DNA of 64,000 bases. It comes from Candidatus Marinacidobacterales bacterium. Its GTDB lineage: Bacteria > Acidobacteriota > Vicinamibacteria > Marinacidobacterales > SMYC01. Shown here piece after piece: positions 20,132-31,888 of this stretch. Every line of letters starts with the position of its first letter. The stretch's first letter is position 1. The translations under genes were made by a program, and so were the position numbers. The notes under the pieces were generated by a model. That model was not told the origin of the DNA. It worked only from the letters and a program-made list of their open reading frames with translations, and ran no database searches. Location of the stretch: assembly GCA_965237955.1 (NCBI GenBank), contig OZ250169.1, positions 1,120,001 through 1,184,000 of the forward strand. The letters run 5' to 3'.

Positions 20132-21681
20132 CGGGACTCTCCTCCTTCGTAGTGATCCGCGCCTCGGATGTTCTCGTGCTCCTCTCGCGGTTTCGCTTCG
20201 GCGTCCGATTCGAGCACCACACGATCCAGACCAGCCGAGAGAATGTTTTTCACCGTGCGATAGCTGTAAGAGCTCAAAGCTTCCGCTCGTGCGCAAGCGG
20301 CCTCGAGACGCTCACTGCCCCAGCGGCTGCCTAGTCGCATGACTCCCAGGCAAGAGCGAAATCCCTGCTCCGGGTGAGGCCGACTCTCTAGAATCCCCGC
20401 AACCAGCCTTCCCGTGGCGCGACCTGACTGCTCCGCCCAGTGGAGCAGCCGCGACGGCGTCCACTCCAGGTGCTCCCGATGCGAACGTGGCATATGCTCC
20501 GGGTTCGTGGAGTAGTGCCCCTTTCCTTTCTTGCGGGGATGCGACGCGACGCGCTTTCCCTTGAACAGGACCTCCACCACCGAGGCAGTCACCCGTGCCT
20601 CGACTTTCTCGTGAATGAGCTGATAGGGAACGCTGTACAAGTTGTTCTCCACCTCCACGTGGTAGTCGATGTTCACTCTGCACCGCTTCCACGTCGATAA
20701 CTCGTAGCTCTCCTGCGGTAGCGGTTTCAGTACGGGCCGGTCTAGCCTTTCGTACAACTCCCGCCGACTCACACCGAGCTTCTGCATCGGACGCGCATTC
20801 AGGACCTCTAACTTCTCCCAGATGGCTTCGTTCAGTTCCGCCAGGCTGAAGAACGTGCGATGACGAAGCACCGCCAGGATCCAGCGCTGCGCCACCTGCA
20901 CTGCCGACTCCACCTTCGCTTTGTCTTTCGGCTTGAACACCCGAGCCGGGACCACAACCGCACCGTAATGCGTCGCCAGCTCTTCGTACGTCCGGTTGAT
21001 CCCTGGCTCGTAACGGTCCACCAAATCCACGCCGCTCTTCAAGTTGTCCGGAACCCAGATCTCCGTACTGCCACCGAAGTAATCCGACATCCCCTTATGG
21101 GCCTTCGCCCACGATTCCAGCGACTGGTTCAGTGTCGCTTCGACGTAGGTGTAACTGCTCGCGCCCAACGTCCCGACGAACAGCTCCATTTCGACGAGCT
21201 CTCCCGTTTTCGGATCGACGATGTGAGGCTTCTTCCCCGAAAAATCGACGAATGTCTTCTCGCCTGCTCGATGCCGTTGACGCATCGTCGGGTTCAGCTT
21301 CTTCTTCCACTGACCGTACAGCTCGCAATAACGGCTGTAGCCGTACGCTCCCGGCTTATTCTCCGCGTACTCCACCCACAGCTGCAGCAACGTCAGCTCT
21401 CGGTGACGCCTCAGCTCCTCGTGGATGTGGGCATAGTCCAGACCCGGCCGTGCGCCAGACGAGCCCGGCGGCGGAAACAGCCCTGCCTCCAGCTCCCCGC
21501 CGCTCAGCTCCTCCGGGAGCGGCCAGCTCAGACCACCCTTCTTCGCCTTGGCCAGGTACTCACTCACCGTTCCAACCGCCACGCGAAGTGCCTTTGCGAT
21601 CATGCGGTGAGTAAAACCCAGCTCGTACTTTAACCTTAGAACCTCTCGTATTTTTCTCATCGATAACCTCTTAGCTGCCAT
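20125..21681 (-). CDS. istA: IS21 transposase IstA
   Basis: MRKIREVLRL, FVDFSG, VPDNLKSGV, KPKDKAKVE, HENIRG. Confidence 0.95.
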   Translation of the reverse strand: MAAKRLSMRKIREVLRLKYELGFTHRMIAKALRVAVGTVSEYLAKAKKGGLSWPLPEELSGGELEAGLFPPPGSSGARPGLDYAHIHEELRRHRELTLLQLWVEYAENKPGAYGYSRYCELYGQWKKKLNPTMRQRHRAGEKTFVDFSGKKPHIVDPKTGELVEMELFVGTLGASSYTYVEATLNQSLESWAKAHKGMSDYFGGSTEIWVPDNLKSGVDLVDRYEPGINRTYEELATHYGAVVVPARVFKPKDKAKVESAVQVAQRWILAVLRHRTFFSLAELNEAIWEKLEVLNARPMQKLGVSRRELYERLDRPVLKPLPQESYELSTWKRCRVNIDYHVEVENNLYSVPYQLIHEKVEARVTASVVEVLFKGKRVASHPRKKGKGHYSTNPEHMPRSHREHLEWTPSRLLHWAEQSGRATGRLVAGILESRPHPEQGFRSCLGVMRLGSRWGSERLEAACARAEALSSYSYRTVKNILSAGLDRVVLESDAEAKPREEHENIRGADHYEGGESRC

Positions 21682-21749
21682 TTCCTAGATCGTCCTCCTT
21701 CCGGGTACGACCTAGAGTTGCCTTGAAACGTGCTATCGATGAGCATTCG

Positions 21750-21897
21750 CGATGCCGGAACCGGCGTTCACGTTGCCTGGAATCCGTGTTCACCTTCCCC
21801 GGAATCGATGTTCACGATCCCCGGAATCCGTGTTCACGATGCTTTGGAATGGATGTTCACCTTCGGCTGGAATCTGCGTTCACGATGCCCCGGAATA
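21750..21897. repeat. ~22-bp tandem sub-terminal repeats of IS21 (GGAATCCGTGTTCACGAT-like, about 7 copies)
   Basis: Abutting degenerate repeats just inside the IS21 end. Confidence 0.8.
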
Positions 21898-22088
21898 CGC
21901 ATCCCGGAAAACGAGCCGCGAGCCCGCCGCACGAGTCGTTCTTCGCAAGGCCCATTACTACACTCTTGGTTCACTCACCCAACGTGCCCCTAAGTCGTTG
22001 GATCACGACGAAGGGACTTCAGATCACTTCTGTCGGTTGCCGAGCCTCTGCACTTCGACTAGCATTCTTATTTTCATCCTGGTTTTGC

Positions 22089-22406
22089 ATGCCCAGAAAC
22101 GCGCAGGTTGTTCGACAGTGGCTCTTACTGGAGAGACTCGAACGCTCGAAGGGAGCGACCCTGGACGAGCTCGTGGACAGCTTACCGTCCGACCATCCGT
22201 GCCACGCGCGCACGGTTCGGCGCGATCTCGAGGCGCTCGAAGCCCTGTTTCCGCTCATCACAGAACGAAGACGGGGCAAGACCATATGGCGCCTCATGGA
22301 CGGCTTCGACCGAACAATCCGCCTCGCGTTCTACCAGACAGAACTTATGGCGCTTGTATTCTCGAAGGATCTTCAAGAGGTGTTGATCAACAGAAGGAGT
22401 ACGTAA
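22089..22406 (+). CDS. Winged-HTH N-terminus of a WYL-family regulator, lacking the WYL domain
   Basis: MPRNAQVVRQW...TLDEL...RTVRRDLEALE...TELMAL. 105 aa, stops 4 nt before the RM gene. Confidence 0.65.
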   Translation: MPRNAQVVRQWLLLERLERSKGATLDELVDSLPSDHPCHARTVRRDLEALEALFPLITERRRGKTIWRLMDGFDRTIRLAFYQTELMALVFSKDLQEVLINRRST

Positions 22407-22410
22407 GACG

Positions 22411-24966
22411 ATGACTGCACCCGACGCACAACTACTGAGCCAGGACGCTTATGCAGAAGTCACCGCTGCCAACCTTCTCGAACGTCTCGACCTCGAGCGG
22501 TTGGATATATCCAACCGCCTAGCGGTCGATCCGAAGCGACGAGCTGATCTAGGGCAGTTCTTCACTCCAGCAGGCGTGGCCCACTTCATGGCTGCCATGC
22601 TGCTGGTTCCAAAGCCGCCGAAAGAACTCCGCATCCTCGACGCCGGAGGAGGGAGCGGCATCCTCACAGCCGCGGCCGTCGCCGAGTTCTGCGCTAGGCC
22701 GAAGCCAAAGCGGCCCCATGCGTTGCACGCCACGGTCTGGGAGATCGACGAGTTGCTCTCCAGGGACTTAGCCCGCACCTTCGAACACTGCCGAGTAGCT
22801 TGCGACGAAGCAGGAGTTCGATTCACTGGAGAACTCCGCCAAGAGAACTTCATCCTAGGTGCCGCCGACCTGGTCGGCGGTGGTGGACTCCTTACCCTGG
22901 GGTGCCCGCGCTTCCACGTGGTAATCATGAACCCGCCCTACCGCAAGCTCAGAAGCGACAGCGCCGAGCGCGAACGCATGAGCTCGGTTGGAATCGAAAC
23001 CAGCAACCTCTACTCCGCCTTCGTCTGGCTCGCACTTGAGCTCCTTGAGGACGGCGGTGAACTCGTGACGATTACGCCGCGCAGCTTCATGAACGGGTCC
23101 TACTTCCGCCCGTTTCGTCAGGCGCTCTCCCGCACGCTCGCTTTCCGCCGCGTTCACGTCTACGACGCCCGCGATGTCGCCTTCGTCGGCGACGCTGTGC
23201 TCCAGGAGAACGTCATCTTCCACGGCGTCCGAGGAGGTGCCCGCAGGAAGGTCAGGATCACAACCTCGCTTGGTCCGGCCGACGCCGGTTTAGCTGAGCG
23301 GACCATCGACCCGGCTGAGCTGATCCTTCCGAGCGACCCGAAGTGCGTGCTGCATCTCGTTCCCGACGAGACCGACGCTCGGATCGCTGAGCAGATGCGG
23401 GCATTGCCGCACACGCTCTTAGACCTTGGCGTTTCGGTCTCTACAGGCCGCGTGGTCGGTTTCCGGGCCAAGGAACGCCTGCATGCAGCAGCAAGAGAAG
23501 GAGATGCGCCCCTAATCTTCCCCAGGCACTTCGCACATGGGTTCGTGACTTGGCCAAAGGCGGCGGGCTCGAAACCGAACGCCTTGGCCGTGTCCGGCCA
23601 CGATGACGACCTCCTGCTTCCCACAGGTTGGTACGTCTTGATCAATCGCTTCAGCGCGAAGGAGGAGAAGCGGCGCGTGGTCGCAGCGCTCTACGATCCT
23701 GCGCGCATCAACGCTGAAGGCGTTGCCTTCGACAACAAGTTGAACGTCCTGCACTGTGACGACGCCGGTCTGTCCGAAGACCTAGCCAAGGGGCTCGCGG
23801 TCTTCCTGAACAGCACGGCGATCGACGCCTACTTCCGCCAGTTCAGTGGACACACTCAGGTCAATGCTGGCGATCTGCGCTCGCTGCGCTTCCCAAACGC
23901 CGGTGAGCTCAAGCGACTAGGCCGCCGCATCGGTCGCTCGATGCCAACGCAGGACGAGATCGATCAACTAATCAGAGAGGAGGTTCCCGCCATGAATGAA
24001 GGAGACGACCCGGTAGCAGTGAAACGAAGGGTTCAGGCCGCCGAAAGTATCCTGAAAGCCCTGGGGGCACCGAAGGGACAGCGCAACGAACGATCGGCCC
24101 TCACCCTTCTCGGGTTGCTCGACCTTGCTCCTATGGACGCATGGTCCGCAACCAGCGCACCGCTCCGCGGTGTCACTGAACTCATGGACTGGATGGCCGC
24201 GAACTACGGCAAGCAGTACGCACCCAACACGCGCGAGACGATCCGCCGCTTCACCCTTCACCAGTTCATCGAGATGGGTTTGGTCCTGCTCAACCCGGAC
24301 GATCCCAAGCGGCCTCCGAACAGCCCGAAGAACGTCTACCAGATCGAACCCTCGGCGCTCAAGCTGCTCCAGTGCTTCGAGACCGACGAGTGGGACGGTA
24401 ACTTGGCCAGCTATCTCAAGTCGATGGAGGGAAAAAACCGCCTTCGCGAGAAGGCTCGGCAGATGGAGTGCATCCCCATCACTCTTCCGGACGGCCAGAC
24501 GCTCGAACTCACGGCCGGCGGCCAGAACATCCTCGTCAAAGAGATCGTTGAGCAATTTGCGCCGCGCTTTACGCCCGGCGGCTACGTGGTCTATGTCGGC
24601 GACACCGGCGAGAAGCATCTGTTCTACTATGTCGATTATCTGAAGGGCTTGGGCGTCGAGATCGACCCGCACGGCAAGATGCCGGACGTGGTGATCCATC
24701 ACGTCGAGCGCAACTGGCTCATTCTCATCGAGGCCGTCACCTCGCACGGCCCGGTGAACATCCTGCGCCACAACCATCTCAAGGATCTCTTTGCGGGATC
24801 AACGGCTGGGCTCGTCTTCGTAACGACATTCCTCGATCGTGCGGCGATGCGCGAGTACCTGCCCGAGATTGCCTGGGAAACGGAAGTCTGGGTCGCCGAC
24901 GCACCCGGGCACCTCATCCACTTCAACGGCGAGCGCTTCCTCGGGCCGTACAAGAGCGGCGAGTAG
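22411..24966 (+). CDS. Fused N6-adenine DNA methyltransferase and BsuBI/PstI-family restriction endonuclease
   Basis: GQFFTP, LDAGGGSG, MNPPY, FSGHTQVNA (MTase), then YAPNTRETIRRFTLHQF, HGKMPDVV, IEAVTSHGP, IAWETEVW, HFNGERFLGP (REase), in one 851-aa ORF. Confidence 0.9.
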   Translation: MTAPDAQLLSQDAYAEVTAANLLERLDLERLDISNRLAVDPKRRADLGQFFTPAGVAHFMAAMLLVPKPPKELRILDAGGGSGILTAAAVAEFCARPKPKRPHALHATVWEIDELLSRDLARTFEHCRVACDEAGVRFTGELRQENFILGAADLVGGGGLLTLGCPRFHVVIMNPPYRKLRSDSAERERMSSVGIETSNLYSAFVWLALELLEDGGELVTITPRSFMNGSYFRPFRQALSRTLAFRRVHVYDARDVAFVGDAVLQENVIFHGVRGGARRKVRITTSLGPADAGLAERTIDPAELILPSDPKCVLHLVPDETDARIAEQMRALPHTLLDLGVSVSTGRVVGFRAKERLHAAAREGDAPLIFPRHFAHGFVTWPKAAGSKPNALAVSGHDDDLLLPTGWYVLINRFSAKEEKRRVVAALYDPARINAEGVAFDNKLNVLHCDDAGLSEDLAKGLAVFLNSTAIDAYFRQFSGHTQVNAGDLRSLRFPNAGELKRLGRRIGRSMPTQDEIDQLIREEVPAMNEGDDPVAVKRRVQAAESILKALGAPKGQRNERSALTLLGLLDLAPMDAWSATSAPLRGVTELMDWMAANYGKQYAPNTRETIRRFTLHQFIEMGLVLLNPDDPKRPPNSPKNVYQIEPSALKLLQCFETDEWDGNLASYLKSMEGKNRLREKARQMECIPITLPDGQTLELTAGGQNILVKEIVEQFAPRFTPGGYVVYVGDTGEKHLFYYVDYLKGLGVEIDPHGKMPDVVIHHVERNWLILIEAVTSHGPVNILRHNHLKDLFAGSTAGLVFVTTFLDRAAMREYLPEIAWETEVWVADAPGHLIHFNGERFLGPYKSGE

Positions 24967-25093
24967 CCATGCTGCTCGCACAGACCTCATGGACAATTGC
25001 GAGCAGGTTTTCGACGAGCCCGTGGTGTGGCGACCGCGCGTGAAGATTCGCAGCGATGGCAACTCGCTGCTCGATTCGCAGCGCTCCTGACCC

Positions 25094-27211
<2,118 letters not shown>

Positions 27212-27289
27212 TCGAAGAGCTTGCCTGCCAGTGGGGAACGGGCTGCACGGCCCTTCGTCGTGCGTCTCCTTGGTTTGGCAGCCCCTGCC

Positions 27290-27403
27290 TGCCTTGGTGC
27301 ATAACTCTGGACAACTCTAAAGGAATCAGCAGGTTACGTTTTTGGTGCAAAAATAGCAGAGTCAATGGAATCAATGACTTACCTGTATTTATGCACCAAG
27401 GCA
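27290..27403 (+). mobile_element. 114-bp MITE, copy A
   Basis: 15-bp TIR TGCCTTGGTGCATAA/TTATGCACCAAGGCA. Identical inverted copy at 40932-41045. Confidence 0.9.
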
Positions 27404-27430
27404 CTCGCGAAGTGTGGTATGAAGCATCGG

Positions 27431-27832
27431 ATGTCCGAACCTGGAGAAGCGAGTGGAGAAGTCATTGGCCGGCATCTGATTGCCGACATGACGGGGTTGT
27501 CCCCAGCCCTCCTGCGTGATGGCGATCGGATCATGCGTGTACTGAAGGAGGCGCTGGCGCAGGCAGGCTTTCACTGCATCAGGAGCGTGGAGCATCACTT
27601 CCTCGAGCGTGGCGCGGGGTTTACGGGGATAGTCCTTCTGGTGGAATCCCATGCCGCCGTTCATACCTATCCCGAGCGGAAATATCTCGCGCTGGACATC
27701 TTTGCTTGCGGCAGGCTCGATCCTTCCAGCGTTATGGACGCGTTGGTTTCAAAGCTAGGTCCTGCAGCAGTCGACGTACGGACTTTCACACGCACCCCTC
27801 GCGCCACCATTCCCGCACACACAGATACCTGA
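27431..27832 (+). CDS. speD: S-adenosylmethionine decarboxylase proenzyme (small class 1B)
   Basis: GRHLIAD, GFTGIVLLVESHAAVHTYPE, DIFACG (ESH autocleavage motif). Confidence 0.88.
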   Translation: MSEPGEASGEVIGRHLIADMTGLSPALLRDGDRIMRVLKEALAQAGFHCIRSVEHHFLERGAGFTGIVLLVESHAAVHTYPERKYLALDIFACGRLDPSSVMDALVSKLGPAAVDVRTFTRTPRATIPAHTDT

Positions 27833-27889
27833 CCCGAGGGATATCACCCGAAAATGTTCGGGGTGGGACAGGCCGGATTCGGCCTGCCG

Positions 27890-28894
27890 TCAGAAGGTCC
27901 ACACGATCAGGATCGAAGCGCCGACGTAGCCGAAGGCTTCGAGGAGGCCAGCACCGATGTTTGGATGTTCCTGCGTCTGCTCGTCGGCAAGCTTGACGCC
28001 GGGTGCCAGCAAGATGTTGGTGAGTTTGTGGACGAGGAACAACATGATGAAGCCAAATGCCACGTCGACGGCGAACAGCATCAGGCTATCGGTCCAACTG
28101 GTGAAATCGCCGCCGACAGCGACACTGATGATATTACCGATACCGATGAGCGCCCCTCCGAACGCCAGGCCCACCGCGGCGTTGTCTCGCTCCAATTCTT
28201 CAAGAAACTTGTACGGGGTCACCAGCTCGTACAGTCGTCCGGCGATGACCAGCACCACCTGGGCGATTAGCCAGAAAACCAGCAGGACGAGCATGCCGGA
28301 ACCCACGGCGCCGATTGCGCTCGCCGCGGGAGAAGCTCCTCCCGCATCGCCCTGAGTCGCGCGGAGAATGATCAGGCCGTTGGCGATGTATACGCCAGCC
28401 TCGACAAACCCAACGCCGAGGTTGCGATCTTCGACAACCTCTTTGGTGTTATTGAATGTAGGCAGAAGGATCTTCTCGCACATGAAGCTCGCCAGAAGCA
28501 TGAGGACGATCGCGGAAAGACCGTAGATACCGATCGTAACCACGTCGGTGCTCAGACCCCGTGATTCGCCCGAAATCGCCCCGCCGAACGCGATCAGGAT
28601 TCCAAAGTAATAGCCAACCGTGGAGATTGCGAGTGCCTGGTTGTCCCGAGTGAAGAGTTCCGCATTCAAATCCACACGCCGGTACAGGCTGGAATAAGCG
28701 AGCTTCGCGATCCAGAAGAGAACAAACGCCTCGAGGATATAAAAGAAGGATTCGCCGATCAGATAGAGATTGTCTACCAGAGAAACCTGCGCCGCTGGTG
28801 GAGTAGGAGTCTGCGCAGCGAGGGCAAATCCCGACCCGGCGAGTACTGAGACGGCTGACAGAAGTAAGACAGTAAAGACCGACTGCTTGCTCAT
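27890..28894 (-). CDS. DUF350 family membrane protein (tandem domains)
   Basis: Repeated E....dN.A.g motifs (DNQALAI, DRNLGVG, DNAAVGL, PNIGAGL) between TM helices. Confidence 0.8.
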   Translation of the reverse strand: MSKQSVFTVLLLSAVSVLAGSGFALAAQTPTPPAAQVSLVDNLYLIGESFFYILEAFVLFWIAKLAYSSLYRRVDLNAELFTRDNQALAISTVGYYFGILIAFGGAISGESRGLSTDVVTIGIYGLSAIVLMLLASFMCEKILLPTFNNTKEVVEDRNLGVGFVEAGVYIANGLIILRATQGDAGGASPAASAIGAVGSGMLVLLVFWLIAQVVLVIAGRLYELVTPYKFLEELERDNAAVGLAFGGALIGIGNIISVAVGGDFTSWTDSLMLFAVDVAFGFIMLFLVHKLTNILLAPGVKLADEQTQEHPNIGAGLLEAFGYVGASILIVWTF

Positions 28895-28926
28895 AATGAA
28901 ACCCCTATTGTGTCCGTCGACGCAGA

Positions 28927-29673
28927 TCACTTTCCCATACTGCGCCCGCCCGAGCCTCCCCGACTGCGGGCTCTGGCCTGGAAACGCGTCTGTTTGGCCT
29001 GATACCTCTGGGAGAAAGATGGCCGCGTTCTGGCCGTCACGGTACCGTTCGCGCCGAAGGCGGGTCGCCCTCCGGTCTGAGGGCCGTAATAAGGCTGACC
29101 ACGATTCCTCATGCCGATGTAGGTGCCGTAGTCCGGCCGGCTGATCCGGTGCCCACCCAGAGCGGTTCTCATGAACGAGTACTGCCCGTACCAGATCCAG
29201 AATCCGCCGGCACCCCAGTGCCCGTAGTGGCTATGACCCACATGCTGATAGTAGGGAGGGTAGCTCTGGTTATAGGCCGTCAAGGTGCCATCCGGCGTCT
29301 TTGAAGCCACTACCATACCGACGGATCGTTCATAGCGGGCCGCCAGCGTGTCGGAGATCGAAAAGGTGTCCACCCGTTCATCAAACTCGGCCGCTTCTCC
29401 CGCGTCGGGGTTCTCACCGATCGGCGCGGTGACCAGGAAGCTGCTCTTGAGCGTCATGGAGTTCCGCAGAAACCCGTCGTCGACATCGTCCACGATGATC
29501 GAATACTCGGGATACTGCGTAAGCTGCCGCACCAACTCTGGAACGGGGTCACGGTTCGAGACGCAGCCGCCGGCCAACCAGAATCCCACCACGATCACGG
29601 CCACAACCGCCCCAAACCGGATCCAGTCCTGGGCTTCCATCAAACCGTGTTGCTCGTTTGTCTGGCGGGGCAT
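28927..29673 (-). CDS. Membrane-anchored hypothetical protein with Gly/Tyr/Arg-rich tail
   Basis: N-terminal TM then GGC, YSIIVDD, YGHW..GGFWIWYGQY, C-terminal RSRGGSGG..GK. Confidence 0.7.
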   Translation of the reverse strand: MPRQTNEQHGLMEAQDWIRFGAVVAVIVVGFWLAGGCVSNRDPVPELVRQLTQYPEYSIIVDDVDDGFLRNSMTLKSSFLVTAPIGENPDAGEAAEFDERVDTFSISDTLAARYERSVGMVVASKTPDGTLTAYNQSYPPYYQHVGHSHYGHWGAGGFWIWYGQYSFMRTALGGHRISRPDYGTYIGMRNRGQPYYGPQTGGRPAFGANGTVTARTRPSFSQRYQAKQTRFQARARSRGGSGGRSMGK

Positions 29674-29711
29674 TCCTAGACTCCTTGGATCATCTCTGTT
29701 TCTGGTAGTTC

Positions 29712-30263
29712 CTACGCGTTTCCGCTCGGAAGGATGTTCGTGAACTGATACTCTTCCACGTATTCGCCGGCGACGGACTTGAAATCCCTTTCTCCGTGCT
29801 GCGTGACGAACAGCACGTTTCTTCCTGAATCGTCACAGTATGCCCAACTGATGAACTCTTTCCCCGGGCCCTCGGCGTCTTCATGGAACAAACCCGCGCC
29901 GCTTTCCATCAGCCTATAGCTCCGGCCATTGTGGGTCAAGCTTGCGGGGGGATCTTCATGTCGGAGGGTATGTTCAACGACGTCCTCGGAAATCTGGCTG
30001 ATAGAAACGCTTTCTGTCAGCGTCCAGGTAGTCTCGCCGTCACTATCAGCCCTCTCCAAGTAGACGACCTTGTCGGAGGTCTCGAGCACCCATTCTTTGG
30101 TCTCGAAGCCGGAGTAGTCGTAGGTGTTGTACCCAGTGACCTCCCATGTCTCCATATCGTAATCGACCAGGTATCCAACCTTCATGGCACCCAGCACAAA
30201 GTCAGCTAGAGGGTCGGATTCAGGGTTGTCCCGCACCCGGCCAAACCATTTCTTCCATCCCAT
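29712..30263 (-). CDS. DUF4178 domain protein
   Basis: VGYLVDYDMETWEV..YDY, EWVL, PPASLTHNGRSY..ESG, FISWAY, GEYV. Confidence 0.8.
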   Translation of the reverse strand: MGWKKWFGRVRDNPESDPLADFVLGAMKVGYLVDYDMETWEVTGYNTYDYSGFETKEWVLETSDKVVYLERADSDGETTWTLTESVSISQISEDVVEHTLRHEDPPASLTHNGRSYRLMESGAGLFHEDAEGPGKEFISWAYCDDSGRNVLFVTQHGERDFKSVAGEYVEEYQFTNILPSGNA

Positions 30264-30292
30264 CGTTCAGTTGCCCCTCGATGAGCGTCGGA

Positions 30293-31888
30293 CTACCATC
30301 GAGCGAAATCTTCGCGATAATACCCCGCGAGAGTCGGCCGTTCCAAGGTATTGGGCTCGACTTCGACACGGGCCATGTCCGCATCGAAATCGAGCCTGGA
30401 CAAGAACAGCTCCTTATTCAGGTAACGCAGCCCGGGCATAAACTCAATGCCGCGGGGATCGATCGGTTCCACGGACCCGAGATGAAAGCCCCACTCGCCG
30501 AAGGAAGGTACGTAGGCGTGAAAAGAGAGCACCTCGAAATCCGCTTCTTCCATCGATTCGCCGATGCACCAGTAGGCCCGGCGCGCGTAGTAGGGGCTTG
30601 TCGCCTGGGTGAGTACCACGCCTCCGGGAGCCAGATGCCGCCGAATCAGCCTGTACGCTTCGACCGAGAACAGTTTTGAGATTCCCTCTTCTCGCGGATC
30701 CGGCAGATCGATTATCACGACAGAATAGGCTTCGTGTTCCCTCTGCAGAAAAGTAAACCCATCCTCGTTAGTCACGCGAACCCGCGGATGGCTCAAGGCG
30801 TTCCGGTTCAGGTCCGTGAAATAAAGATTACGCGTGGCCAGTGTCGTCATCGCCGGATCGAGGTCCACGAGCTCGATCTCTTCCACCTTGGAATACCGGA
30901 GGATCTCACGAACGGCCAGACCGTCACCGCCGCCGATGACGAGAACCCGCGCTCGGTTCCGCGATAACGCCATTGCCGGGTGAACCAGCGCTTCGTGATA
31001 CCGGTATTCGTCGACTGAGGAGAACTGCAGATGCCCGTTCAAAAAGAGTCGGGTTTCGTCCTTCCAACGCGTAACCACGATCTTCTGATACTCGGTCTGC
31101 GTGCTGAAAACCACCTGGCCTTCGTAGAGGGAATCTTCCCAGCGCTCCATCAGGGGCTCGGCTTGAATTGCGAACACGACCAATAGACCGGAAACCAGGA
31201 CGCCCTGAAGCAAGAGTCCTTCCCGGTCCCTGGCCGATAGCTGAGCCCACACTGCCACAAGAATGGCCGAACCGGCAAGAAGGTTGAGGGCGCCGGCGAC
31301 GAGTGATGTATGAAACGCTCCGAGAACCGGCAAACAAAAAAACGGGAAGAGAACAGCCGCGACCAGAGCGCCAACGTAATCGACCGAAAGCACATTCGAC
31401 AGGATCGTCCGTAACGATCCGTGTCTTCTCAGGATCCGTGTCAGGAGGGGGATTTCCAGCCCGATTAGCGTGCCGATGATCAGGATGATGACGAGCATCA
31501 GGTACTGGTAGACGTCGGTGTAGGCATAAGCGAGGTACAGAGCGGGAACTGTCAAACCACCGAACAACCCCAGCCAGATTTCCAACGCCACCAGCCGCCG
31601 GATCAATTTGGCGTGAATGGCTCGCGACACCCACGATCCCAGGCCCATCGCGAAAAGAAAGAAGCCAATCGTCAGGGAGTATTGCTCGACGCTGTTCCCC
31701 AGGAAATACGAGGAGATACTTCCGACCAGCAGCTCGTAGACGATTCCGCACGCCGCGGCGACAAAAACGGATGCGAGTATCAGGAACAAGCTAAACGGCG
31801 ACATCCTTTTCTCATCGGGCCCAACATCGCTGAGCTCCAGATCGTTCGTCGCGAGATCGCCGTCAGGTGCCTTAGTAGTCTTTTTCAT
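30293..31888 (-). CDS. speE: Membrane-bound polyamine aminopropyltransferase (spermidine synthase with multi-TM N-terminus)
   Basis: CGIVYELL, GLEIPLL, LFLNGHLQFSSVDEYRYHEALVHP, GGGDG, IDLPDP, VPSFGEWGF. Confidence 0.92.
   Translation of the reverse strand: MKKTTKAPDGDLATNDLELSDVGPDEKRMSPFSLFLILASVFVAAACGIVYELLVGSISSYFLGNSVEQYSLTIGFFLFAMGLGSWVSRAIHAKLIRRLVALEIWLGLFGGLTVPALYLAYAYTDVYQYLMLVIILIIGTLIGLEIPLLTRILRRHGSLRTILSNVLSVDYVGALVAAVLFPFFCLPVLGAFHTSLVAGALNLLAGSAILVAVWAQLSARDREGLLLQGVLVSGLLVVFAIQAEPLMERWEDSLYEGQVVFSTQTEYQKIVVTRWKDETRLFLNGHLQFSSVDEYRYHEALVHPAMALSRNRARVLVIGGGDGLAVREILRYSKVEEIELVDLDPAMTTLATRNLYFTDLNRNALSHPRVRVTNEDGFTFLQREHEAYSVVIIDLPDPREEGISKLFSVEAYRLIRRHLAPGGVVLTQATSPYYARRAYWCIGESMEEADFEVLSFHAYVPSFGEWGFHLGSVEPIDPRGIEFMPGLRYLNKELFLSRLDFDADMARVEVEPNTLERPTLAGYYREDFARW

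Larger units (their letters stand above)
18959..21901 (-). mobile_element. IS21 family element
   Basis: TGCGTATTCC...GGAATACGCA termini, multiple ~22-bp sub-terminal repeats, istA/istB. No target duplication visible. Confidence 0.92.

Noticed and set aside
21750-21897. Regular ~22-bp repeats resembling a CRISPR array or iterons
   Set aside because: The repeats abut without unique spacers, lie inside the IS21 terminus and have counterparts at the other end. No cas or rep genes are present.
22411-24966. Avoidance of CTGCAG as support for RM activity
   Set aside because: CTGCAG occurs repeatedly in the window (e.g. ~886, ~2746, ~27762). No depletion can be claimed without a genome-wide count.
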